A stretch of DNA of 64,000 bases, taken from Octopus sinensis. Lineage: Eukaryota. Position 1 is the stretch's first letter. Every line of letters begins with the position of its first letter. Location: positions 2,914,001-2,978,000 of the forward strand of contig NC_043021.1 of NCBI RefSeq assembly GCF_006345805.1. The letters are read 5' to 3'. Under the pieces are notes generated by a model. It saw nothing but the letters and a program-made list of their open reading frames with translations, was not told the origin of the DNA and did not search any database. Shown piece after piece: positions 24,093-36,710 of this stretch. The translations under genes and the position numbers were made by a program.

Positions 24093-24844
24093 ATACCCTG
24101 CACTGATATATATATATTTTAAAAATCAATTGCAAATTTAACTTTAAAAAAAAACTGGAAGTTGATTTCCAATCAATAAAAAAAAAAATATTCCATTTTT
24201 TTTCAGTGAAATTCATTTCCAGTTTAAATTTCAATGTTATAGTCTCAACACACACACACACACTCTTTCCCACCTCCACGTCCATCACAATCCCTATAAC
24301 CACAGCTCTGTTTTTGGAAAAAAAAAAAAAATTAAAGATTTATCAATTTGGAACATGCTTCATTTGGAAAAAAGAAATTAAGGAAATTTAATTATGGATC
24401 GACTCGTGCCTTGTGAGTGGAATTTCAATGACGGAAACTGCATAATGGACCCTTGTCATCTGTGTGTCTGCTACTGCCAGAAAACGAGACTGTGACTTCT
24501 CCTGTGATATTAATTTTTACTCTTGATAAATTATGACGAGCAATCAAGAACCTCAAAATGCAAGAGCTGATTCAGATTGAAATAGGTTATCAAAATAATT
24601 AATTCAAATTAATTCATAATTTTCAAAAAGTTAATACTTGGTGGTTTCATGGTAAACATAAACATCACTGCTTATACATGCATTCATCCATCCATTATAT
24701 ATATATATATGATAAGTCAAAAGCTCATATAATAAATGCACTAACGGAAAACAGATACAGAAGGTCACCAAATCCTCATCAGTTATCAGCCAGAGGGTCA
24801 GATGCAATTTCACACCAATCAATATATGTTATATGTATATATGC

Positions 24845-24924
<80 letters not shown>

Positions 24925-24996
24925 AATAATAATATAAATAATATGTATATATGTTTATATGTATATATATATGTGTGTGTGTGTGTGCATATATGG

Positions 24997-25172
24997 GTAC
25001 AGGACGTCACCAACTGTGTAAACATCATGAAGTATGAAAACAAATGCGTTAAATATGCAAACAACGAGAGAAAAAATGTAAAACAGGACAAACAAACATG
25101 GAGAACGACCCTTCATCAGTTGTCTGCTATCTACTTCTCATTTTGAGCATTCAACGACAATATATATATTTA
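24997..25172 (-). mobile_element. Possible Penelope-like/pLTR fragment between microsatellites
   Basis: Reverse complement contains ACAACTGATGAAGGGT but no complete hammerhead; flanked by (TG)n and (TA)n. Confidence 0.3.
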
Positions 25173-25353
25173 TATGGATGGATGGATGGATGGACGGCAA
25201 GACAGATACGGAGATAGTTAGATATGCATATATATGTGCATATGTGTGTGAGAGATATATGCATGTATGTATATATGTATGTGTGAGTGTATATATATAT
25301 ATTCAAATATGCATATTAAGTTCGTGTATGCTTATATATATATATATATATAT

Positions 25354-25580
25354 GCGAGCTGGCAGAAACGTTAGCGCGCCGGGCGAAATGCGTAGCCATA
25401 TTTCGTCTGCCGTTACGTTCTGAGTTCAAATTCCGCCGAGGTCAACTTTGCCTTTCATCCTTTCGGGGTCGATAAATAAAGTACCAGTTTCGCACTGGGG
25501 TCGATGTAATCAACTTCTTCCGTTTGTCTGTCCTTGTTTGTCCCCTCTGTGTTTAGCCCCTTGTGGGTAGTAAAGAAATA
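25354..25580 (+). mobile_element. SINE-B monomer inserted in (TA)n
   Basis: Full head and body ending AAAGAAATA. Confidence 0.9.
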
Positions 25581-26647
25581 TATATATATATATCATCATC
25601 ATCATCATCATCATTTATGGCATCCAGGAGTCAGCAAACTAGAGGACTGCACCAATCTCCAATGCCTTCTTTGACATGGTTTCTAAGGCTGGATGCTCTA
25701 CACACACACACATATATGTATGCATGTGTATGAGTGTCTTTGCAGATATGTGTGTATGCGTATGTGTGTGTATATCAAGTTCCATACATTTGCATCAAAA
25801 TGTAACAATGTAATAAATGAAAACAACAAAATAAGCACCACTTTGAATAAGTACTGATGTTGCCTGATATTACCAAGTAAAATCCTTGAAGGAACTTTGC
25901 TCCAGCATGGCCGTTGTCCAATGGTTGAAACCAATAAAAGGACAGCAGAACCTAAAAGAAAAAAAAAACAAATCCCAGAATTAGAATATTATACAGAGAG
26001 AGGAATAGCTCAGAAAAGACATTAAACTGAGAGAGAAAGAAAGAATGTGAAAGTAGAGAGGGGGAAGAGAGAGAGTTAGCATGAGAAGGGGAGGAGGATG
26101 GGGAAAGGGAGGGAGAGGAAGGGGATGGTTGGCAGAGAGAGAGAGAGAAAATATATTCTATGCATAATAAAAGTGTGATGTGTCTTAGAAGACAACTTGT
26201 AGCAATGAGGATTTGATACAGGACACGACACGCTCTTCCTCTTCATTGAAACAGACAGCTGAAGCGAAAAAAATGTTTTTTTTTGTTCTATATTGTTTGA
26301 TTCGGATTATATTGGTGACAGCTGACATGAAAGGCAGACTTTGTTATCAAAATCTCCACTACTTTCCAACAAATCGAGTAACTTGTGGTATATTTATTTA
26401 CAAGACAATATCAAATAGAATTATAATAAGAATTGTTTGGTGTTTTTTTTGGGGTTTTTTTTTTGGTTTTTACAACTCTTCCCATGGTTTTGCAATAACT
26501 TCAACTGCAAGATAATCCAGACAAATCCTAATCCTAATGATTACTGACTTTCCCACAGAATAAAAGTACCAGATGTTGACACACACATAAAATATAAAAA
26601 TAATTTTTTCACGTCATTTGAGATGTTTTCATAAGTAAAATCATATA

Positions 26648-27046
26648 GGCGCAGGAGTGGTTGTGTGGTAAGTAGCTTGCTAACCAACCACATGGTTCCG
26701 GGTTCAGTCCCACTGCGTGGCATCTTGGGCAAGTGTCTTCTGCTATAGCTCCGGACCGACCAATGCCTTGTGAGTGGATTTGGTAGACAGAAACTGAAAG
26801 AAACCTGTCGTATATATGTATATATATATGTGTGTGTGTATATGTTTGTGTGTCTATGTTTGTCCCCCTAGCATTGCTTGACAACCGATGCTGGTGTGTT
26901 TACGTCCCCGTCACTTAGCGGTTCGGCAAAAGAGACCGATAGAATAAGTACTGGGCTTACAAAGAATAAGTCACGGGGTCAATTTGCTCGACTAAAAAGG
27001 CGGTGCTCCAGCATGGCCGCAGTCAAATGACTGAAACAAGTAAAAG
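26648..27046 (+). mobile_element. Full-length young SINE-A with 14-bp TSD
   Basis: AGTAAAATCATATA at 26634-26647 and 27047-27060. Confidence 0.92.
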
Positions 27047-27060
27047 AGTAAAATCATATA

Positions 27061-27215
27061 CAGGTGTAGGTGTGACTGTTTGGTAAGAAGCTTGCTTCCC
27101 AACTTCATGGTCCTGGGTTCAGTCCCACTGTGTGGCATCTTGGGCAAGTGACTGCTACTATAGCCCTGGGTTGACCAAAGCTTTGTGAGTTGATTTGCTA
27201 GATGAAAATTTCCAA
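27061..27215 (+). mobile_element. Older SINE-A head
   Basis: GGTGTAGGTGTGACTGTTTGGTAAGAAGC...GGGTTCAGTCCC. Confidence 0.75.
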
Positions 27216-28374
27216 ACACCAACCACTTGACTGTGTGGATTGGATGCACCAGCACTAGCAGAGTCATCGAGTAACTTGGAAGGAAAAAATTCTTTGAGAG
27301 GCGGTCATTGGAGCAGGTGGTCTTGTGCCAGGTGATGAGAGGTTAGAGTGTCAGAGGGGGATAAAATACACTCATATTGATATATCCTTCTTTTCTTATT
27401 CTTCCATTTTTCTCACCACCTTTGAACAAACCTACTTTCTTGTTAGCTTCTTTCATATTTTTTCCCTCGCTAACAATGGCCAGATAAAACAACAACCGCG
27501 CTGAAACCATGGAAAACAAAAATCAAGAAACAAACGAAAAGCACCAAATCACCACAACCATGTTGTTGTTGATGTTGTTGTTTTACCACATAAGACAGCA
27601 AGAGAGAAAAAGAAAGACTGAGGGGAGAAGAGTCTGAATATTTATATTTTACGTTTCTTTTTTTTTTTCTTTCTTTCTTTCTTGACGTCCCAAAAAAGGA
27701 ATTTTACATGAATTATTTACTAAAGCCTTATCAATAGCAATACTTTTCTTACACTGGCTCAAGGCCATGAATTTGAGAGACAACTAGGCAAGGAGATAAG
27801 AGGGTTTTATACTGGACCGAGATTCCAACTCAGTCAAAAATGACTGCTGTGTATTTTGCCGGTCATGAAAAATGATTTTTATTTAGCAAATTTAAAAAAA
27901 ACAAAACAAAAAAAAAACATTTTTACAGGAAGAAAAGAAAGAAAGAAAAAATTACAAGTATTAAAGATCAAATTACTGAGAAAAAAGAATAAAATCAACT
28001 ACCTCACCAAAGAAACGAAGAAAAGGAAAAAAAAAAGGGAGTGGATTTAAGCTGCAGAAGATCGTGGGTGGAGAGGTAACAGGTTGTACATCCCAGACTA
28101 AATGGCATGATTAATTACACCTTGCAATCATGAGTGCAAAGGTGTTGTTGCAGAAAATAGCCAGTGACACTCACTGCAACAGTCACCCCACCTTGTGGGA
28201 TTCATTTCTAAGGTGGGCCACAGTAAAAGGTTCGAAAACGCATGACACCTTGAAGGCAGGTGATACAAATGGATAGCAGCGGATCAGGTTCCTGTATTTA
28301 GATAATTTTTGAATAGAAAATTTCAATCATTAAACTAAGGATAGTCTCAGGTGTGTTGGTAGCAAAAGAGTTAG

Positions 28375-28747
28375 TACTTCTTTTACCTGTTTCAGTCATT
28401 AGTCTGCAGCCGTGAAGAATTTTTAGTCAAATGAATCAACCCACCAGTGCTTGTTTTACTGAAGCCTGGCAGTTATTTTATTTGTCACTATTGCTGAACT
28501 GCTATGTTACAAGGATGTGAACATACCACCATCAGTTGTCAAGTATTGGTGGGGGACAAACGCAGGTGCAAAGACACACACACACATACACACAACAGGC
28601 TTCTTTCAGACTCCGTCTACCAAATGCACTTACAAGGCTTTGGTCAACCCGAGGCTACAGCAGAAGACATTTTCCCAAGGTATCATGCAGTGGGATTGAA
28701 CCTGGAACCATGTGGTTGGGAAGCAAACTTTTTAACCACACAGCCTT
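28375..28747 (-). mobile_element. Older SINE-A
   Basis: Diverged reverse-complement match from tail to head. Confidence 0.75.
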
Positions 28748-28792
28748 GTGAGGTTTAGCAGTAGGAAATCCATATTTCATCTAGTTGTTTAA

Positions 28793-29015
28793 CCCTTTTG
28801 ATACCAACCCACCTGGGACTCCCTAAGGTCATATGATACATGGAACCTGTTCTATAGTGATCAAAATTAGGAATCTTCCATTAAAATTTCCCATCAATTT
28901 ATGTTCCAAGCATCAGCTTAAGAATAGCAGACTTAGCTTACCAAACTCTTCATTATTTTCAAAATTCATTGAAACAAAGGCAACATATTTCAACAGAAAT
29001 ATGGCAACAAAAGGG
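28793..29015. mobile_element. piggyBac-type MITE
   Basis: TTAA-CCCTTTTGATACC ... GGCAACAAAAGGG-TTTTAA (TIR match 11/13). Confidence 0.7.
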
Positions 29016-30455
29016 TTTTAAAACATCAAAGAATTAATATTCAGTCTTTTGATTGAAAATATTTTTAGTGAAATTCAATCATTTTATGTAAAGTATTATG
29101 CCTTCTCACCTTTTTATAGAAATCAATCACAAAAAATGTTCACTTTCTGGGTTGAAGACCTCATCCATCATCCAGACGAACACCACTGTCTGATAATTTT
29201 GTTGCCTTTCGCAGACAAGCAAAAGATAAAAGAGGGAGCTACACTGCAAATAAAATTCTTAAATAACGTTTGGTTGTGTCTAGGGAAAGTCATTATGCCA
29301 AAAAGTTCAACAATGTATTTTTCTGCAGAAAAAAAAATTAAATAGCAAGCATTTAAATTTGGTGAGTCTATTCTTCACCAGGTCTGACATCAAGTGATTT
29401 CTTCCAGAAAGAGAAGAATCAACATATTACTTGAGTGGTAGTCTATATATCAACTCCTACCCCAAAGAACTAAAAGCATGGACCTCAGCAGGATTTGAAC
29501 TCAGCAGTATAGAGATGAATGTGCAAGACGCTCTAGCCAATGCTTTATTGATTTCCCCCAATTCCCCTTATAGTCAGTCAATTTAATCGTTTCTAGTGTA
29601 TTATTAATACTTCTTTGGTCAACTCAGGAAGAATGACTAGCAAAGGTGATCATGTTGGGATTTGAACACAGAGCATAAGGTGTACTGGAATAACTGTATG
29701 CTTAAAAGAGTCTCTTCAGAAATTACATGGTTTTGAGTTCCATTCCCATTGCTCTGAATACTACCATGGGCAAGCGTCTTCTACCAGAGCATCAGGTCAA
29801 CCAAAGACTTGACTTAGTTTTGGTTGTTCTTCTTCTTCTTTGTCTTCCTCTCATCTGCCTCTTCCTCTTACTTCAAATTTTGTTCCAGTTTAGTCCTGAT
29901 TGATCAGAATTACAATCAAAGTTATTTCAACCATAACCATCCTGTCTTTTTATATGTCAAGGAACTATATTGTCTTCAGGTCTTTTCTTTTTTAAAGGGT
30001 GTGATTTTGAGAAAGCGTTGGCTGTGATTTGCAGCAGGCCAGCCAACCATGTAATGGCACTTTTTGGTGGCTCATAAAATTTCATGACATTTGGTAAGAG
30101 GAAACTGTCCATCATTTCTGTTCTTGGACAACAGATTTTAGTTTGCCATCAAGTTAGACACCACCACAGGGTCCCTGGTTGGCTTGATCAGATTCCAGTC
30201 TGTTGAAAGCATTTGTATCAGGTCTTGTGTATGAAGCCAACTTCCTTCCTCGCTTCCATCAGCCTTGGGTGCTCTGAAAATGGTCATGAATGTTATTTTT
30301 GATCAATAAAAAGCAAGAAATCGTTATAAACAACAGAAGAAAAAAAAAGTTGTGAGTTCAATACAAATACCAGCTTCAATACAAATGCCAACTTGACACG
30401 GATAAGACCATCAGAAGCTGCAATATGAAGAGTGTTCAAGAGAATAACAATACTA

Positions 30456-30765
30456 CAGGGTGTCCACAAAGTCTGGGTACATGGAGTAAATAAAATCATA
30501 ACATAAAGAATTAAATATAAGAAATAGGCACGCAAAAAGCACCCACTACACTCACGGAGTGGTTGGCGTTAGGAAGGGCATCCAGCTGTAGAAACACTGC
30601 CAGATCAGACTGGGCCTGGCGCAGCCTTCTGGCTTCCCAAACCCCAGTTGAACCGTCCAACCCACAGGCGTTAAACGATGATGATGATGATGATGATGAT
30701 GATGAAATAATAATTTCTTAAAGTATGTGTTAATCCCCGTGTACCCAGACTTTGTGGACACCCTG
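30456..30765. mobile_element. Tc1/mariner MITE with perfect 26-bp TIRs and TA TSD
   Basis: CAGGGTGTCCACAAAGTCTGGGTACA (30456-30481) and its exact reverse complement (30740-30765), with TA on both sides. Confidence 0.92.
30527..30703 (+). mobile_element. 5'-truncated family C LINE tail nested in the MITE
   Basis: (GAT)n tail; 6-bp TSD GAAATA at 30521-30526 and 30704-30709. Confidence 0.85.
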
Positions 30766-30869
30766 TACATCGCCTGTCATTCAGGTTAACCAGGGACACA
30801 TTTGGATCTTATAAATTGTTACAAAAAAAATCAAGCAAAATAACCTTGTCGGCATTATTCACTCTTATT

Positions 30870-31078
30870 TTTCATATTTCTGTTGAAATATACTGCTTTT
30901 GCTTCCAAACACTTTTTTAGATAACAAAGAACTTGGTAAGATAACCTTATCGTTATTGATCTGGTGCTTGGAACATTAATTAACATGAAATTTTGATGGA
31001 AAATTTATTATTTAAATCACTCTAAAACAGGAAGTCATAGAAGCAGGGACAGTCTCAGGTGGTTTGGTATCAAAAAGG
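30870..31078. mobile_element. Second piggyBac-type MITE copy in inverted orientation, left end missing
   Basis: Ends GGTATCAAAAAGG-TTAA; internal similarity to the reverse complement of 28793-29015. Confidence 0.55.
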
Positions 31079-31442
31079 TTAAGTAAATTGACTTCAGCTG
31101 AGAAGCGAAATTGATTTCCAGACATGGCTCATCTCAAGCTTACTTTGTACTCGTCACCAATCGCGGCTTAAATGATAAACCAAATCACCAAATTCCATTA
31201 GAAAAGTTCACATTGAATTATAGCTTATGAAAGATCAAACGACAACTAATGCGTGAAATTAGGGTACAGCAATAATAAAAAAGAAAAAAAAAGGAAAAAC
31301 ATAATCAAAGTATAAGTAAAAAAAAATATCAAAAAAAATTTTTTTTTTCTCTTTCTTAACTTTTTAATGAGTACACATCACTGCATCACTGAAGATTATC
31401 GACATGTTAATCATTCTCTATCGGGGGCCTATATATATGCAC

Positions 31443-31521
<79 letters not shown>

Positions 31522-32028
31522 TATATATATATATATATGTATGTATGTATATATATATATGTATATATTTCAAATTACTGCAACTTAGGACTAATAGAGG
31601 TTTGTGGATGCATGCCAAATGAAGCGTGCATCGACCTTTTAGGAGATGAAGCAAATGTAGAAGGAAAAAGGAAAGGAAGGAAAAAAAAAAATGGTTCTGC
31701 CTTTGCTTTCTGAATGACATTTTAATGGTTACTGCACAAGGTGTGAGTAGTTTGGTAGAAGGTTCGACAAAAAAAATTTTTAAATAAATATGAAAAAAAA
31801 ATGATACTAGAAAGCTTATGTACTTGTCTACCATAGTTACATTTGTTTGGTTACATGTGTATATACATATATATATATATGTATGTGTGTGTATACATAT
31901 GTATACATGTGTGTGTATATATATATATATGTATGTATGTATGTATATATACATGCATACATAAATGCATACATACATATGTAGATACATAACTACATAT
32001 GCGTATATGTGTGTGAAGTATATGTATG

Positions 32029-32093
<65 letters not shown>

Positions 32094-32149
32094 TTATAAG
32101 GAAAAAAGTCAAGGTAGAAAATGCTAAAATAATTTTATCATAAAAAAAC

Positions 32150-32193
32150 ATTTCAGTACCAGTTTCAGTCATTGAGACTTTTTCAACTGTAAT
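32150..32193 (-). ncRNA. Type I hammerhead-ribozyme-like motif with a U3-A8 compensated core
   Basis: Minus strand ATTACAG-TTGAAAA-AGTC-TCAAT-GACT-GAAA-C-TG-GT-A-CTGAAAT: stem I 6/7 pairs, stem II 4 bp, stem III AC/GT, GUA triplet. Confidence 0.55.
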
Positions 32194-32743
32194 TAAATTT
32201 TGGGAAAATTAAATGTAAAGTTTTTTAAAAGAATATTTGCATAGTATTCAAATACAAGTGGCATTTTCCTTGTTTCTGCCTGTCTCTGTCTCTCTTGTGA
32301 ATTCTTAGTAAGGAAGAAGAAGAAGAAGAAGAGTCACTTACTTCCCAACTGCATGGGTTTGAGTTCAATCCTACTGCATAGCACTTTGTCCAAGTGTCTT
32401 CTATAACTCTGGGCTGGCCAATGCTGTGTAAGTGGATTTGGTTGATAGAAACTGAAAGGCGCCTGTCATATATGAGTAGATATGTTTTTGTGTGTGTGTG
32501 TGTCTTCTTGGATCACAACAAAAGGGTAAAAGCTAGAAAATACAACCAAAAATACCTGTTTGTTAACAGACAGCAACAGGTAAAAGCAGAAAAACTCAAC
32601 ATAAACTACACATGGTTGGAGAGGACAGCAACAGACAAGTAAGCAGACTGTACAACAGTTTGGATGGTTACTATGGAAATAGGCACCAATATGCCCGTGG
32701 CTTTCAATTGGCTAAAATTACTAAAAATTTGCAAACTTTAAAA

Positions 32744-33020
32744 CAGTGGTTCCCTAAGTGGGTGGTTCTGCTTTCTTTGGGATGGTGGAAAATTCCAAGA
32801 GAGCATTGAAGAAAAGTGGGGTGATAATGGGGTGACCAAAGGAGAGCCATAGATGTAAGAAAAACACAACAAAATGGGTTAATTATGTTAAGTTTTATTT
32901 GTGAAATACAGCTGTTTTGGATTCACTGCAGAAAGCAATCATGTTTGTGGTGGTGAGTATTGGGGTGGGGGGCTAGGGACTTGGCCTGAATGCCAACCTG
33001 AAAAAGTTTAGGAACCACTG
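32744..33020. mobile_element. hAT MITE, 277 bp
   Basis: TIRs CAGTGGTTCC / GGAACCACTG; perfect 8-bp TSD CTTTAAAA at 32736-32743 and 33021-33028. Confidence 0.88.
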
Positions 33021-33293
33021 CTTTAAAAGCTAGTAACATTTTATTTATTATTAATTTAGGGAAAAAAATAATTTCATTTCCATAATTAGCATACAAAACT
33101 ACATCAATATACCAAATTTGAAATCAATTGAAACAAAATAGAAGAAATTGAAAAGTGAAGGCCAAACAGTAAAGATCCAGTTTCTGGGGATTCAAGCAAG
33201 CAAATTAGTAGATTGGCAATCCACAATAGTATTTTAAGGGTCCATGCTTAAAAAATCTGATTGAAATGGAATAGATCTACATTGGGAATATAT

Positions 33294-33324
<31 letters not shown>

Positions 33325-34378
33325 ATGTTTACGTATTTGTTTTACTTGAGGATGATATTATTTTGCCAATCAAACACACGTCCAGTTTGGACAAAGCAGA
33401 ACAGGAAGAGACACATGGGATAAAGAGTCGTCGAAGAGGTCACAGGAGATGTGCCAAAAGAGCTTTGACAAAGAAACTAAAATATTAATAATAAAGCTGA
33501 AGTGAAGACTAAGTATATAGTGTATGTATTTAATTGGCAAAATAGGACCATCTCCAAGCTTAGCAATACATATATATATCGACATTCCTATAGAACAAAT
33601 TCAAAAATTATCTAGTGCGCTAAAACCAGTAATTTTTCGCTTATTTATTTTATAGATTACGATTCTCAAAAAAATTTTAAAAAAGGATGATCGGGTTACT
33701 CCGCTTCCCTTCGTATATTTCCGTAATTTTTCAATTTAGTTGCAATTTTTTTCAGATTTAGTTTTAAACATTTTTTATGAACTACCTTCCAGTAACTTAA
33801 TCCTATTTCTTTTTTTTTTTTTTTTTCAAATTTTCTTATTCTTTTTAAACATCGGATATCATGGTTATGTTAAAATTAAAAATTTCAGAAATTCGCTTAT
33901 TTGGCAGAATTTCAATTTTTCAAAACTTTGTTCTGCTCCCCAACACTTACATTCTTTTTTTTTTTTTTTTCAAATTTGAAACTTTTTTTAATATTGCAAA
34001 ATTTCTAATAATTTTCGAATAGAAAATATATCGAATACGAAAAAGTTACATGTATTTTTGCGCATCTGCTTTTTTTTCATTTTGAAAAAGAAAAAGAAAT
34101 CTTTAGATGTTGAAACCTAAGATCCCCAATAAAACAGAACATTTATTTTTAACACAACTAATTCGTTACTGAATAAATTGGAGAAAGTAATCGTTCAAAA
34201 TAAATGAAACAATACCTGATTTCATGCCAAATTTTGAATGATTTGTGAAATTATTTTCTTGCAATGCTTTGTTTGCAATATTCTTTTGTAGCTGCACCAA
34301 AATAATGTAGATCAATGTTTATGAACTGTCGGCGTTAATTTCAAGAACTACATTAATGCAACTAATTTTGTGTTGCAG

Positions 34379-34427
34379 GTACAACATCAGTTTTCTGGGA
34401 CTTTATTTTCCCGAGCTGGTCACCTTG
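34379..34427 (+). CDS. Candidate 49-nt small exon, product unknown
   Basis: CTAAT branch-like motif, TTTTGTGTTGCAG acceptor and G/GTCAGT donor; all three frames are open. Confidence 0.2.
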
Positions 34428-34769
34428 GTCAGTACACTCGAAATTAATAAGTATCAGATTTACTTAGATAATTAGATAATTAGGCAATCCATCGTTTTTG
34501 GTCTCAGAAATGTGAAACTATTTGTTCAGCAAGTTCCGTATGGAATTTTTATTTCTTTATTGTTTATTTTTTGCAACTGGACAGTGAAGAACATGGTTAC
34601 ACACACACACGCACACATACACACACACACACACATTCATTTTCTTTTGTTTGCATGAGCGATGGGAACAGTGGCATACATGCGCCAACATAAACTCACT
34701 CACACACATATAGATACAGATACATACATAAATATCCACGTTTTATGTTTTCACGAATTGCTTATGTTT

Positions 34770-35256
34770 ATGTATTTTTGTGTATGTATGTGTTTATGTA
34801 TGTATGTAAGTATGTATGTATATATGTATGAATGTATGTATGAATGTATGTATGAATGCATGTATGTATGTATGAATGTATGTATGAATGTATGTATGAA
34901 TGCATGTATGTATGTATGTATGTATGTATGTATGTATGAATGTATGTATGCATGTATGTATGAATGTATGTATGCATGTATGTATGTATATATGTATGCA
35001 TGTATGTATGTGTGTATGTATGTGTGTATGTATGTATGTATGTATGTATGTATGTATGTATGGATGTGTGTATGCATGTATGTGTGTATGTATGTGTTTA
35101 TGTATGTGTGTATGTAATGTATGTATGTATATATGTATGTATGCATGTATGTGTGTATGTATGTATGTATGTATATGTGTATGCATGTATGTATGTATGT
35201 ATGTATATGTGTATGTATGTATGTTTGTTTGTATGTATGTATGTATGTATGTATGT
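34770..35256. repeat. (ATGT)n/(ATGA)n tetranucleotide tract
   Basis: Seen directly. Confidence 0.95.
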
Positions 35257-35721
35257 AAAGGGCTGTGTGCAAGGTGGAAAAGAAACTAAAGAAATAAAAA
35301 TGTTTTACGGAGCTTGCCGAGATCAAAAACATTGATCTATTTGGATTAAACATTTCCTCAGTCTGGAATCATTTTGGTTTAGTTACTGGATTACAAGTAA
35401 AGAACATTGATTGCAGACAAACCGTTGCATTAGAACAATGGTTAACGTTTACTTTGACACCCGGCCACCAAAACTTCAAATTCAAAATTTGGCGAAAAAC
35501 CAGGTATTGTTTTACCATTCATTTTATTCTGTTACAAATTAGTTTCATTAAAATTAAATGTCTTGCATTCAGGTATATTAAAATTTAATGTCTGAAGTAG
35601 ATTTTTTTTTTCCTTCCCCGATTGGAAATTTATTTTAAAGTTTTGAAACAAAAATGTGTGACAGATCTTGTTAAATTTCTTTTAGCCTCTTGGTTTCAAA
35701 TTTTCCCCAGATCTCTTTCAA

Positions 35722-36061
35722 AGGATCTTTTCCTTTTGAACGGCACTTTGTAACATAATTTCTAGGTCACTAAAAAGTTTTAAACTTCGTATACTGGTAG
35801 AATGTGTTTATAAAACATCATTTTCTCTTGGTTTTATTGAGAAAATTCTATAGTTTGTAAGATATTTCGTCTGAAAATCCGAGCATTTCGGCAATTTTAA
35901 CCAATCGATTACCTCCAAACTACATTAAACAAACAAGTTACAATTTTCTCAAGAAAGCCAAGAGAAAAAAATGTTTTATTTTGACACATTCTACCAGTAT
36001 ACGAAGTTTTAAAATGTTTAGTTAACTAGAAATTGTCTGCCGTTCAAAAGGAAAAGATCCT
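35722..36061. mobile_element. Palindromic MITE of about 340 bp with long imperfect inverted arms
   Basis: Perfect terminal repeat AGGATCTTTTCCTTTTGAACGGCA and its reverse complement; the arms stay complementary inward (CTTCGTATACTGGTAGAATGTG / CACATTCTACCAGTATACGAAG). Confidence 0.8.
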
Positions 36062-36710
36062 TTTCAAATTTTCTGCACTGATGTAACTAACTTCTTTATT
36101 ATCAATTTCTTGGAGGAAAGAGCGGTTTCTGTCGTCAGCTTACAAAACTTACGTGTTTGAAAAGAGTCTGGTGAAAGCTTGAAACAATTTAAGTGGTCAG
36201 AAGAAATTTGACAAGATCAAGTAAAAAAAAAATTAAATTTTGGAAAAGTAACGGAGAGCGAAACAAAATTTTGATAAATTGAAACTCTGCTAAATAGCAG
36301 AGTTTGTGGAAATTATATTTTTACAATATCATTATTCTTCGATGTTTAAAAGACGCAAAAATGATAGTTATAGAAAAGGGGCAAAAAAATTTGGGGGCAA
36401 TGTTTTGTTTTATGATCCAAGAAGTGAAAACCCACTGATGTCGGCAGAGATTTTTAGTCATAATTACAGATGTATGCTCCCACTTTGCTTCCACTTACTT
36501 AGCAAAGATTGGTATTTTTAATGAAATTTTCTACTAAAACTGTTCTGATGGTGTACTTTACAAATCATATCAGAATTTGATGGGGAAAAATAAAAATGGC
36601 GGGGGTTGAATATCTCTCTCACCCTCAACTTTGTAGTAATGAAAGAATGCCTTTGTGGTGAATGCCTTTGTTTTTTTGGTCAGTATACAGTTTAAGCTCC
36701 AGTCAAGAAA

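Noticed and set aside
25100-25125. CTGATGAAGGGT on the minus strand as a fifth hammerhead
   Set aside because: No stem II partner or GAAA follows; at most a partial motif.
28058-28080. KIVGGE, resembling a serine-protease activation motif flanked by AG and GT
   Set aside because: There is no polypyrimidine tract, a stop follows shortly, and no TAAHC or GDSGGP exons are visible in the window; probably chance.
29830-30440. Unique moderate-GC stretch as an exon or TE coding remnant
   Set aside because: All frames are interrupted and I recognised no motif; left unannotated, though a tblastx search would be worthwhile.
34662-35353. Multiple 120-200 aa His/Tyr/Ile or Met/Tyr/Val ORFs (also at 41265-42011, 59634-60202 and 61625-62120)
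   Set aside because: They are translations of ATGT, TA, CA and CTAT microsatellites.
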